Shown: positions 17,231 to 25,466 of the stretch, piece by piece
Position numbering within the stretch: position 1 is the first letter of the stretch
How the letters are laid out: each line of letters opens with the position of its first letter
NCBI GenBank assembly: GCA_016932635.1
Contig: JAFGCM010000016.1
Location: forward strand, 1 to 25,502
Source of the DNA: Candidatus Omnitrophota bacterium
GTDB taxonomy: Bacteria; Omnitrophota; Gorgyraeia; JAFGHF01
Reading direction: 5' to 3'
DNA length: 25,502 nucleotides
Position numbers and translations under genes: made by a program
The notes under the pieces: generated by a model
The model's database searches: none
Told to the model about the DNA's origin: nothing
The model's input: only the letters and a program-made list of their open reading frames with translations

Positions 17231-18169
17231 CTAATCAAATAAACAGCTGACCGACTCTTCGCGGTGAATCCTCTTGATGGCCTCAGCAAGTAAAGATGCG
17301 ACTGAAAGCACCTTAATCTTGGGGTTAAGCTTGGAGTCTCCAACAGGTATAGTATCACAGACAGCCAGATGTTTCAAGGCGCTATTCTCAATCCTTTTCA
17401 GCGCCGGACCAGAAAGAATCGGATGGGTAATAGCCGCGTAGATATCGGCTGCGCCGTTTTCTTTCAAGGCCTGGGTGGCCTCTACTAATGAGCCGGCTGT
17501 AGCCACCATATCATCGACGATGATGGCATTTTTACCCCTGACCTCGCCCATGATATTCATCACCTCGATATCCTCGCTATTGACTCGGCGTTTATCAATA
17601 ATCGCCAAATCGGCATGCAGTCTTTTGGCATAGGCCCGGGCCATCTTTATCCCGCCTACATCAGGCGAGACTATCACCAAATTGTCCAGGCGCATTTTAG
17701 AATAGTACTCCTCAAAAACATTGATCGCATACAGATGGTCTACCGGGATGTTAAAAAAGCCCTGAATCTGGCCGGCGTGCAGGTCAATAGTTAACAGCCG
17801 GCTGGCCCCGGCCACAGTAATTAAATCGGCAATTAATTTGGCGGTAATCGGCACGCGCGGCTGGTCTTTTCTATCCTGCCGGGCATAGCCATAATACGGC
17901 AAAACTGCCGTAATCCGCTCAGCGGAGGCCCGTTTAAAGGCATCGATCATAATTAAAAGCTCCATCATATTTTTATTCGGAGGCGGACAGGTAGGTTGAA
18001 TGATAAATACGTCCTTACCCCGGACGTTCTCGGCAATCTTTACGCTAATCTCGCCTTCGCTAAAGGTAGATACTAAGGCCTCGCCTAATTTAATCCTTAA
18101 ACACTTGCAAATATCTTCGGCTAACTTGGGATTGGCATTACCGCTAAATACAGCCAATTTATCGAACAT
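17231..18169 (-). CDS. prs: Ribose-phosphate pyrophosphokinase
   Basis: FSEGEISV, PYYGYARQDRK, DLHAGQIQGFF, VSPDVGG, VDDMVATAGS. Confidence 0.98.
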   Translation of the reverse strand: MFDKLAVFSGNANPKLAEDICKCLRIKLGEALVSTFSEGEISVKIAENVRGKDVFIIQPTCPPPNKNMMELLIMIDAFKRASAERITAVLPYYGYARQDRKDQPRVPITAKLIADLITVAGASRLLTIDLHAGQIQGFFNIPVDHLYAINVFEEYYSKMRLDNLVIVSPDVGGIKMARAYAKRLHADLAIIDKRRVNSEDIEVMNIMGEVRGKNAIIVDDMVATAGSLVEATQALKENGAADIYAAITHPILSGPALKRIENSALKHLAVCDTIPVGDSKLNPKIKVLSVASLLAEAIKRIHREESVSCLFD

Positions 18170-18189
18170 TGCTTCCCCCTCTTTATAAT

Positions 18190-18272
18190 AAATTTAAAAA
18201 TCAAAAATTAAAAATCAAAATTTTAAATTTTGAATTATAATTTTGCATTTTGAATTTTGCGTTTTGAATTTC
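18190..18272. repeat. Palindromic heptamer tandem-repeat tract overlapping the glmU 3' end
   Basis: Plus strand AAATTTA AAAATCA AAAATTA AAAATCA aaa | TTTTAAA TTTTGAA TTATAA TTTTGCA TTTTGAA TTTTGCG TTTTGAA; symmetry centre at 18220/18221. Confidence 0.85.
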
Positions 18273-19524
18273 TTTTCTTTAAGATCTTGGCCGGGACGCC
18301 TATTACCGTCGCTCCGGCGGGCACATTTTTATTTTTTGTGATTACGCTGCCAGCTCCGGTAATTGCCTTTTTACCGATTTTGACCGGAGCAATTAAAATA
18401 CTTCCTGTGCCGATAAAGGCCCCGTCTGCAATCAAGGTCTTGCTTTTGCTCTTGCCGTCATAGTTGGCCACAATGGTGCCGGCGCCGACATTTACCGCTT
18501 GGCCAATTATTGTATCTCCGATATAGGCGTGATGTTTGATCTTCGAACCGCACCCGACAGAGGACCTGACCACTTCCACAAAATTACCAATCGCTACATG
18601 ATCCGCTAAAATTGTCCCCGATCGCAAATGGGCAAACGGCCCGATCTGACAGGCCCGGCCAATCTTCACCTGGCCTTCAATAACGCTCTGGGGATAGATA
18701 ACGGTATCTTGGCCGACCTGAACATCTCCATAAATATAGGTGTTAGCCGGGTCAACAATAGTTACCCCTTGAGATAATAACTTTTCTATGTTCCTTTTAT
18801 TAATTACTGTGTTGGCAAAGGCAAGGTCCTGCCGCGAATTTACCCCTTGGGCCTCTTGTTCATCCGCAGTCAAAATAGCTTCTACCTTGGCCTTCCTTTT
18901 GTTGAGCAGCTCAATAGCAGTGGTTAAATAATATTCCTTTTTGACGTTGTTGGGTTTAATCTCTTTTAAAGCAGAAAAAAGTTCCTTGGCCCGGAAGCAG
19001 TAAGCGCCTACGTTAATCTCGGCAATTGCTTTTTCATAGTTATCGGCATCCTGCTCCTCAACAATCTTGAGCACGCGGTTGTCTTCGCTGCGCACAATCC
19101 TGCCGTAGCCCGAGGGGTTTTTTAAAACAGCGCTCAATAAGGTGCAGGCGGCCTGAGTCTGTTCGTGTGCGCGGATTAATTTCTCCAGGCTTTGATAGCT
19201 AATTAACGGTGTATCTCCGTAAACAATCAAGAGATTCCCTTTAAATCTGGCTAGAAAACTGTGGGTCTGCCAAACAGCATCCGCAGAGCCGAGCAGCTTT
19301 GCTTGTCGGACAATCTTTATGTCCCGATTTTTTAAAATCTGCCGGACTTCTTGGGCCTGGTGCCCGACTACAACAACGTTTTTTTTAATTCCCAATTGGC
19401 CTAAGATATCCAACAGATACTGCAGCATCGGCTTGCCGCAGAGCTTGTGCAAGACCTTGGGCAGCGTAGAATTCATCCGCGTGCCCTCACCTGCCGCCAA
19501 TATTATTCCAACAGTATCCTTCAT
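18235..19524 (-). CDS. glmU: Bifunctional UDP-GlcNAc diphosphorylase / GlcN-1-P acetyltransferase
   Basis: LAAGEGTRM...LPKVLH, YGDTP, GYGRIVR, EYYLT, IGNFVE, GAGTIVANYDG. Confidence 0.95.
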   Translation of the reverse strand: MKDTVGIILAAGEGTRMNSTLPKVLHKLCGKPMLQYLLDILGQLGIKKNVVVVGHQAQEVRQILKNRDIKIVRQAKLLGSADAVWQTHSFLARFKGNLLIVYGDTPLISYQSLEKLIRAHEQTQAACTLLSAVLKNPSGYGRIVRSEDNRVLKIVEEQDADNYEKAIAEINVGAYCFRAKELFSALKEIKPNNVKKEYYLTTAIELLNKRKAKVEAILTADEQEAQGVNSRQDLAFANTVINKRNIEKLLSQGVTIVDPANTYIYGDVQVGQDTVIYPQSVIEGQVKIGRACQIGPFAHLRSGTILADHVAIGNFVEVVRSSVGCGSKIKHHAYIGDTIIGQAVNVGAGTIVANYDGKSKSKTLIADGAFIGTGSILIAPVKIGKKAITGAGSVITKNKNVPAGATVIGVPAKILKKRNSKRKIQNAKL

Positions 19525-19556
19525 TTCCCCTGTCTATAAACTATCAACCGATTTAA

Positions 19557-19627
19557 CTGCCCGGCCAGGACTCGAACCTAGACGCGCAGCTCCAAAAGCT
19601 GCTGTGCTACCATTACACTACCGGGCA
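19557..19627 (-). tRNA. tRNA-Gln (anticodon UUG), CCA not encoded
   Basis: Acceptor stem TGCCCGG/CCGGGCA (U1-A72), G73 discriminator; D-loop TAATGGTA; anticodon stem GCAGC/GCTGC with loop TTTTGGA; T-arm CTAGG-TTCGAGT-CCTGG; conserved position between ispE and prs. Confidence 0.95.
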
Positions 19628-19641
19628 ACAAATTTATTTAT

Positions 19642-20073
19642 TTAGACAGAGCCGCCGGCACCCTGGGCTGCCTTTTGCTTCTCTGTGTCATAGGCCTGAA
19701 GAATTTTCTTCTGGATATATTCCCTGGTTTCCATATTAATCGGGTGAGCGATATCCCGGTGTTCAGAACGCCCATCCCGCTTCTCCCCGCTGACTTGTTC
19801 TTCTAAAGTCTCCGTAGTTAAGATCTGCTCGATCTGAGGCAATTGACTGCCGCATTGGTTGCAATATTTGCTGCGTCGGGCATTTTTGGAGCCGCACTTG
19901 GGACAGGGCTCCTCAATCCGGCGCGAAGGCATGGCTACAAACAAGCCTTTATTGCCCTCGATAACCTTGATATTTCTAACCACAAAGGCATTGTCAAAGG
20001 TAATTGTGGCATATGCCCTGAGTTTTGTTGACGGATTATCTCGTAAAAATATTCTTACCTCTGTGATTTCCAT
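19642..20073 (-). CDS. spoVG: SpoVG-family nucleic-acid-binding protein with inserted Zn ribbon
   Basis: MEITEVRI, KLRAYATITFDNAFVVRNIKVIEGNKGLFVAMPSR, RDIAHPIN...RE; insert CPKC-x10-CNQC. Confidence 0.93.
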   Translation of the reverse strand: MEITEVRIFLRDNPSTKLRAYATITFDNAFVVRNIKVIEGNKGLFVAMPSRRIEEPCPKCGSKNARRSKYCNQCGSQLPQIEQILTTETLEEQVSGEKRDGRSEHRDIAHPINMETREYIQKKILQAYDTEKQKAAQGAGGSV

Positions 20074-20089
20074 CTTGTTTGACTCCTCC

Positions 20090-20971
20090 TTACATATTCT
20101 TTACTGATGAAAAAGTTTTGCATGTTATGACCTGCCAATTCTTCGATTTTGCCCGCAAGCTCTTACTGATCTCTGCCGCCTCCTTTCGGGTTTGAGTAAC
20201 TCCAAAAACACAAGGCCCACTGCCAGAGACTAAAGTTGCCGCACAACCTGAAGATTGGAGGGCCTTTTTAATTACTAAAATTTGTCTATATTTTTTAACC
20301 AGAACTGACTCAAAGCTGTTATAACTATTCTTATTCAATGAAGTTAAGTCGCTTTTTTTTAAGGCTTGGAGCACAATTTTAGCACGGGAGGCGCGTTTTG
20401 TCAAGGCAATTCTCAAGGACTGATACATCTTACGGGTGGAGACCTTAATCGGGCGCGGAATCACCAAAATATACCAGTATTTTTTGTTCAGGCGCAGGGT
20501 GGTTAAATCCTCGCCCTTGCCCCGGCCAATGGCCCGTGCCCCGGGAAAAATAAAGAAGGGCACATCTGCCCCCAGCTGTTCAGCGAGCTTGGCCAGCTGC
20601 TTTTTGGACAGGCCGAAAGAAAAAAGCCTGTTTAACCCTAGGAGTACGCTCGCCGCGTCTGAGCTGCCGCCGCCTAAACCGGCGGCCACAGGAATCCTCT
20701 TGGTTATCCTGAGCTCAACTCCCTGCTCACAACCTGTATTTTGGAATATAGCCTGGGCTGCTTGGTAGGCTAGGTTTCTGTTATCTTGGGCCAGGCCGGC
20801 TGAACAAAACAGTTCAATGCCGGGTGTGTTAAGTTTTTTGAGGGTAATTGTGTCGCAGAGATCGATTTTTTCAAAAATAGTCTCAATATCGTGAAAACCA
20901 TCTGGCCTTCTCTTGAGCACTTGCAAATAAAGATTAACCTTGGCTGGCGCCTTCAGCTTGAGTGTCCGCAT
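20090..20971 (-). CDS. ispE: 4-(cytidine 5'-diphospho)-2-C-methyl-D-erythritol kinase
   Basis: APAKVNLYL, GFHDIET, KRIPVAAGLGGGSSDAA, GADVPFF, VSGSGPCVF. Confidence 0.97.
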   Translation of the reverse strand: MRTLKLKAPAKVNLYLQVLKRRPDGFHDIETIFEKIDLCDTITLKKLNTPGIELFCSAGLAQDNRNLAYQAAQAIFQNTGCEQGVELRITKRIPVAAGLGGGSSDAASVLLGLNRLFSFGLSKKQLAKLAEQLGADVPFFIFPGARAIGRGKGEDLTTLRLNKKYWYILVIPRPIKVSTRKMYQSLRIALTKRASRAKIVLQALKKSDLTSLNKNSYNSFESVLVKKYRQILVIKKALQSSGCAATLVSGSGPCVFGVTQTRKEAAEISKSLRAKSKNWQVITCKTFSSVKNM

Positions 20972-20986
20972 TTAAAAATGATGCAT

Positions 20987-21907
20987 CTATTTTCTACAGG
21001 CTGCTACGATATCTTCCCCGGTTAAGTGATATTCCTTAAGCAGCTCTTCTGATGAGCCGGACTGTCCGAAGCGATGCTTAATGCCGATCATCGACATCGG
21101 CGTGGGGATGTGCTCGGCCAACACCTCGGCCACGGAAGAGCCTAACCCGCCGCAGGTCAGATGCTCTTCGCAGGTAACAATCTTCTTGGTAGCTTTTGCG
21201 CATTCAATAATCATCTTCTGATCGAAGGGCCTAATGGTGTGCATATTCACTACGCGGCAGCTTTTGCCTTCCTTAGCCAGAATATCAGCGGCATCCAGGG
21301 CAAGCTTAACCATTATTCCGCAGGCAATAATAGTTACATCCTTACCTGCGCGCAGCAGGCGCGCCTGACCGATCTTAAATCCGTCCTTTTGGGCTATGGT
21401 AGGCACCTTGGCCCTGCCCAGGCGCACATACATCGGACCCTGGTATTCGGCCGAGGCCAAGATTACCTCTTTGGTCTCCTGGGCATCGCAGGGAACAACG
21501 ATGGTCATGGTGGGGATAGCGCGCATCAAGGCAATATCACCAATCGCCTGGTGGCTGGCGCCATCAGGACCCACAGTAATGCCCGCATGGGTAACCACAA
21601 TTTTGACATTAAGTTTATTGTAGCCGATGGTATTTCTGACCTGATCCCAGGCCCGCCCGGAGCCAAAAATGGCAAATGTGCTGACAAAAGCAATTTTGCC
21701 GCAGCTGGCTAAACCGGCGGCCACGCCCATCATATTCTGCTCGGCAACGCCAAGATTAAAGAATCGCTCAGGAAAGACTTGGGCAAATTTAGCTGTGCGG
21801 GTGGAGGAAGATAGGTCCGCGTCCAAAACGACAATATTGTTATTTTTTTTGCCTAACTCGATCAACGCCTGGCCATAGGCATCCCGGGCATAAAGCATCT
21901 CGCTCAT
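20987..21907 (-). CDS. tkt: Transketolase, C-terminal (pyrimidine-binding) subunit
   Basis: RDAYGQAL, LDADLSSST, NLGVAEQNM, STFAIF, GPDGASHQ, MYVRLGR, EEH. Confidence 0.92.
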   Translation of the reverse strand: MSEMLYARDAYGQALIELGKKNNNIVVLDADLSSSTRTAKFAQVFPERFFNLGVAEQNMMGVAAGLASCGKIAFVSTFAIFGSGRAWDQVRNTIGYNKLNVKIVVTHAGITVGPDGASHQAIGDIALMRAIPTMTIVVPCDAQETKEVILASAEYQGPMYVRLGRAKVPTIAQKDGFKIGQARLLRAGKDVTIIACGIMVKLALDAADILAKEGKSCRVVNMHTIRPFDQKMIIECAKATKKIVTCEEHLTCGGLGSSVAEVLAEHIPTPMSMIGIKHRFGQSGSSEELLKEYHLTGEDIVAACRK

Positions 21908-21908
21908 C

Positions 21909-22742
21909 TTAAGACAGCTCCTCTAAGGCTTTTTTGGCCTCTTCTTGCGTCGGGGCCCGGCCGTGAAAATCCACCACATTTTCCATAAAAGATACGCCTT
22001 TTCCTTTAATGGTCTTGGCAATGATGATGGTTGGTTTTCCTTTAATGGTCTTAGCCTCTGCAAAGGCCTGCAAGATTTCCCGCATCTTGTGTCCATCGAT
22101 ATTAACGGTGTGCCAACCGAAGGCCTGCCATTTATCAATTAAGGGCTCAAGATTCATAATATCTTTAGTTCGACCGTCAATCTGGTAGCCGTTATGGTCC
22201 AGGATAGCGCAAAGATTATCACAGGCATAGTGGCTGGCGGCCATGGCCGCCTCCCAGATTTGACCTTCCTGGATTTCCCCGTCGCCTAAGAGGCAATACA
22301 CCCGATAAGAAAGTTGATTCAGCCTGGCGGCCAAGGCCATTCCTATCGCTACCGAAAGCCCCTGTCCCAAAGAGCCACTGGCTACTTCTACTCCGGGGGT
22401 GCGCCAGTCCGGGTGTCCCTGTAACGTACTGCCTAAACAGCGTAAAGTCCAAAGTGTCTCTTTTGGAAAATAACCGGATTCGGCCAACACTGCATATAAC
22501 AACGGGCAACAATGCCCCTTGGACAGATGAAAACGATCACGCTGGGGCCAATTGGGTTCTTGGTGGTTGTGGCGCAAAACGGAAAAATAAAGCGCGCTGA
22601 TCAAATCCGTCGAAGATAACGAGCCTCCGGGGTGGCCGGAGCCGGCCTGAGCCAGCATTTGGACGATTAACCTTCTAATCTGCTTGGCCTGTTCTTCTAA
22701 TTTTTTAATCTCGTCTTGAGGAGGCACCATTTTTATACCCAT
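21909..22742 (-). CDS. tkt: Transketolase, N-terminal (TPP-binding) subunit
   Basis: SGHPGGSLS, SKGH, LQGHP, SGSLGQG, TPP motif GDGEIQEG...DHN, TIKGKG. The start may instead be the Met at 22730. Confidence 0.93.
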   Translation of the reverse strand: MGIKMVPPQDEIKKLEEQAKQIRRLIVQMLAQAGSGHPGGSLSSTDLISALYFSVLRHNHQEPNWPQRDRFHLSKGHCCPLLYAVLAESGYFPKETLWTLRCLGSTLQGHPDWRTPGVEVASGSLGQGLSVAIGMALAARLNQLSYRVYCLLGDGEIQEGQIWEAAMAASHYACDNLCAILDHNGYQIDGRTKDIMNLEPLIDKWQAFGWHTVNIDGHKMREILQAFAEAKTIKGKPTIIIAKTIKGKGVSFMENVVDFHGRAPTQEEAKKALEELS

Positions 22743-24270
22743 AATCTGTATTTAATCTGTCCAATTTTTCTTGTGTTGATTCTCTCTCCGGCTCAAGCTC
22801 CAAGGCCTTCTCCCAAGCGCCTCTGGCGTTATCTAACTCACCTTTGCTTTGATAGACGTCGCCCAAGTGCTCAAACACCTCCGCATCCTTAAAAATATCC
22901 ACAGCCCGCTTAATTTCCACCAAGGCCTGATCGAGCTTTCCTTTCTTAAAATAAACCCAACCCAGGCTGTCAATATAGGCACCGTTATCCGGATCCAGGG
23001 CCAATGCCTGTTTAATCAACTCTTCGGCCTGGTCCAGTTTAATTGTATCTTCGGCATACATATAGCCTAAATAATTTAAGGCATCGGGATTCTGATCGTC
23101 CAATTCTACCGACTTCTCCAACGCCTGATAGGCCTTCTGACGTTCTCCCGCGCGCTCATAGACAGCGCCCAAGTAGAAATAACTCACGCCGTTTTCCGGG
23201 CGGGCGGCAATAGAGCTCTGGTAAGCCTCAATAGCCTGTTGATTTTCCTGCTTTTGGGCATAGGCCAAACCTAAGACCAGATACAGTTGCGCCTTTTTAA
23301 TCTGCCGCAGCTGCTGAAGTCCCTCTCTGCTAGTTAAACCAGGGCTGTCTATATCCAGCCGCCAGTCGGCCTCGTAAAGTAAGGCCTCCTGGAGCATGGC
23401 AATACATTGCTCGAGTTTCTTTTCTTGTAAATAAATATAACTCAACTCCAAATAGGCATCAATATTATAAGGGTTAAGCTTGAGAATAAATTCGTATTGA
23501 CGGATGGCCTGATCAATTCTTTTATCGCGATAATACGTCTGGGCCAGGCGATGGTAAACATTGATATTTAGGGGGTCAATCTTTAAGGCTTGTTGATAAT
23601 GCTCGATGGCCTGGGCCAAATTCTGATTAATCTCGCTAATCAGCGCCAGGGCAAGTTCGGCTTGTAAATAATCCGGCTCGATCTCTAAGGCCTTTTGAAA
23701 ATGTCCCTCGGCCTGTTTAAGTTTATCTAGTTTGGTCAGGATAATACCTAAATTAAAATGCACCTGGGCTGAATCCGGCTTTTCTTGAAGAATCTTTTGG
23801 TAAGTGTCTATAGCCTGATCGAGTTTTTCCTGAATTACATAAAGGTCGGCTAAAGAGGCCAACGCCTCTAAATCATTGGGATGGTCCTTGAGCAACTCTT
23901 GGTATTCTTGAATGGCCTGGGAAAATTTTTTCTGCGCCGTATAAAAATTGGCCAACAGAAAGCGCACGCTTTCGTCTTGGGGATCAAACTGCTTGACTAA
24001 CAGCAGCTCTTGTTCTGCCTGTTCGTATTCAGCGGTCTTAATATAATCTATGGCGAGTTTTTTGTGGATGGCAGAGACGGAATTATCCAGGGCGCTGGCC
24101 GCAAGGTACTCCCCGATAGCCTGCTCAAACTTGTCTTCGCTATCATAAAGGATCCCTCGGATATAATGGGCCTGGATTGAAGAAGTAGACTGGCTACTAT
24201 AAATTTCTTTGATCCCGGCAAGGCAAAAAAGGACCAACCCGGCTATCGCCACTAAAACTTGATTGCGCAT
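22705..24270 (-). CDS. Exported multi-TPR protein of the type usually found upstream of lolB-ispE
   Basis: N-terminal hydrophobic signal; about a dozen TPR repeats; ALNYLGYMYAE...DPDNGAYIDSLGWVYFK...HLGDVY. Confidence 0.88.
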   Translation of the reverse strand: MRNQVLVAIAGLVLFCLAGIKEIYSSQSTSSIQAHYIRGILYDSEDKFEQAIGEYLAASALDNSVSAIHKKLAIDYIKTAEYEQAEQELLLVKQFDPQDESVRFLLANFYTAQKKFSQAIQEYQELLKDHPNDLEALASLADLYVIQEKLDQAIDTYQKILQEKPDSAQVHFNLGIILTKLDKLKQAEGHFQKALEIEPDYLQAELALALISEINQNLAQAIEHYQQALKIDPLNINVYHRLAQTYYRDKRIDQAIRQYEFILKLNPYNIDAYLELSYIYLQEKKLEQCIAMLQEALLYEADWRLDIDSPGLTSREGLQQLRQIKKAQLYLVLGLAYAQKQENQQAIEAYQSSIAARPENGVSYFYLGAVYERAGERQKAYQALEKSVELDDQNPDALNYLGYMYAEDTIKLDQAEELIKQALALDPDNGAYIDSLGWVYFKKGKLDQALVEIKRAVDIFKDAEVFEHLGDVYQSKGELDNARGAWEKALELEPERESTQEKLDRLNTDYGYKNGASSRRD

Positions 24271-24308
24271 TTAGCTATTTGAATTAAAGAATTCTTATAT
24301 TGAGGCCG

Positions 24309-24404
24309 TTATCGATTTTTCTTCTTGTGCCTGTCTCGACGCATCCGTTTTTTTCTCTTATGCTTGGCCATCTTTTTTCTTTTGCGTTTTCTTCCGCAAG
24401 GCAT
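24309..24404 (-). CDS. 31-aa basic protein, bS22 / AURKAIP1-COX24 (mS38)-like small ribosomal protein
   Basis: Not in the ORF track. MPCGRKRKRKKMAKHKRKKRMRRDRHKKKNR*; AGGAGGAGG SD at 24420-24412, 7 nt from the ATG. Confidence 0.85.
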   Translation of the reverse strand: MPCGRKRKRKKMAKHKRKKRMRRDRHKKKNR

Positions 24405-24423
24405 CTGGTGCCCTCCTCCTGAT

Positions 24424-25308
24424 TTAGTGAATCACCTTATTCAGCGAATATTCGATAATTCCCTCGGCCCCGGCCTTTTTTAACTGGGGGATCAAATCCC
24501 GCACCACTTTCTCATCGATTACGGTCTCTAAGGCAAACCAACCGGACTCGCTCAAGCCGGAAATAGTCGGTCTACGCATCGCCGGCAGGATCGAGCTCAC
24601 TTTTTTTAAATCTTTTTTGCGCACATTCATCTTTAAGCCGACCTTTTCTTCCGCCTCCACAGCCCCGCGCAGCAAAAGACTTAAGGCCTCAATCTTGTGC
24701 CGGTTCCAGGAATCGCGCCAACTCGTTTTATTGGCAATTAGCTGCGTTACTGAAGTACAGACAATATCAATAATGCGTAATTTATTCGCGGCCAGGGTTG
24801 AGCCGGTCTCGGTCAGCTCGACAATAGCATCCACCAGGCCCGTAGCCAGCTTGGCCTCGGTAGCCCCCCAGCTAAATTCAACCGTAGCCTGCACGTTTCT
24901 TTTTTTGAGATAGCTGCGGGTGGCATTGACCAGTTCCGTGGCGATGCGTTTTCCTTTCAAATCCCCGACCTTCTTAATCTTGGACTCAAACGGAACCGCT
25001 ACCACCCATTTTACCGGGACCAGCCTTTTTTTGGCATAGACTAACTGCGCAACGCGCAGCACCTGGGAACTGTTCTCTATAATCCAATCATCCCCGGTAA
25101 TGCCGCAATCAAGCGCACCGGCCTCAACATAACGAGACATCTCTTGAGCGCGCAGTAAAATCGGCTTAATCTCGGGGTCGTCAATACTGGGAAAGTAAGA
25201 GCGTTCGCCCAGGCCGATTTTGTAGCCGGCATTGGCAAACATCTTCAGCGTTGCTTCCTGCAGACTGCCTTTGGGCAGGCCTAATTTAAGTATTCTTCTG
25301 GAGTTCAT
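24424..25308 (-). CDS. hisG: ATP phosphoribosyltransferase, long form with C-terminal regulatory domain
   Basis: [51 protein letters not shown]. Start placed at ATG 25308 (GAGG SD) rather than GTG 25347. Confidence 0.96.
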   Translation of the reverse strand: MNSRRILKLGLPKGSLQEATLKMFANAGYKIGLGERSYFPSIDDPEIKPILLRAQEMSRYVEAGALDCGITGDDWIIENSSQVLRVAQLVYAKKRLVPVKWVVAVPFESKIKKVGDLKGKRIATELVNATRSYLKKRNVQATVEFSWGATEAKLATGLVDAIVELTETGSTLAANKLRIIDIVCTSVTQLIANKTSWRDSWNRHKIEALSLLLRGAVEAEEKVGLKMNVRKKDLKKVSSILPAMRRPTISGLSESGWFALETVIDEKVVRDLIPQLKKAGAEGIIEYSLNKVIH

Positions 25309-25372
25309 TTTTAATCCTCTGGTGTGGTGCGCTCGCCGCCTGCGCACCTTTACTGAAGACTTAAGGCTAGAT

Positions 25373-25401
25373 ATTTTATCTTGTTCTGGTTAAAATGTCA
25401 A
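25373..25401 (-). promoter_or_regulatory. Sigma70 promoter at the head of the cluster
   Basis: TTGACA (25401-25396), 17-nt spacer, TAAAAT (25378-25373). Confidence 0.75.
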
Positions 25402-25417
25402 GGTTAATTGGCCTCTT

Positions 25418-25466
25418 TGTCAAGCACATTTAGAAATGTCCTATTTTAAAACATTTAGAAATGTCC
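25418..25466. mobile_element. Probable terminal repeat of an IS1202/ISNCY-type insertion sequence (alternatively a tandem operator)
   Basis: Begins TGTCAAG, then two exact copies of ACATTTAGAAATGTCC (25426-25441, 25451-25466; 25-bp period), each containing the palindrome ACATTT-N2-AAATGT. No transposase is visible in the window. Confidence 0.45.

Noticed and set aside
18190-18272. Possible CRISPR array or iterons
   Set aside because: Units are 7 bp with no spacers, and there are no cas or rep genes.
23293-23376. Non-TPR insertion (YEADWRLDIDSPGLTSREGLQQLRQIKK) in the TPR protein
   Set aside because: Real but probably a variable linker; nothing supports a function.
2708-24913. All plus-strand ORFs in the track (e.g. 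5873-6337, 9046-9639, 15170-15661, 21161-21712) and the short nested minus-strand ORFs
   Set aside because: They lie antisense to, or out of frame within, well-supported conserved genes and show no recognisable motifs; treated as shadow ORFs.
25309-25347. GTG start at 25347 for hisG, as given in the ORF track
   Set aside because: ATG 25308 has a GAGG SD and matches the usual HisG N-terminus; the GTG lies in a hairpin with a badly spaced SD.
25326-25348. GGTGCGCA resembling the XerC arm of dif, relevant to Xer-targeting IS1202 elements
   Set aside because: No XerD arm (TTATGTTAAAT-like) at the 6-bp spacing, and it is about 70 bp from the putative IS end.
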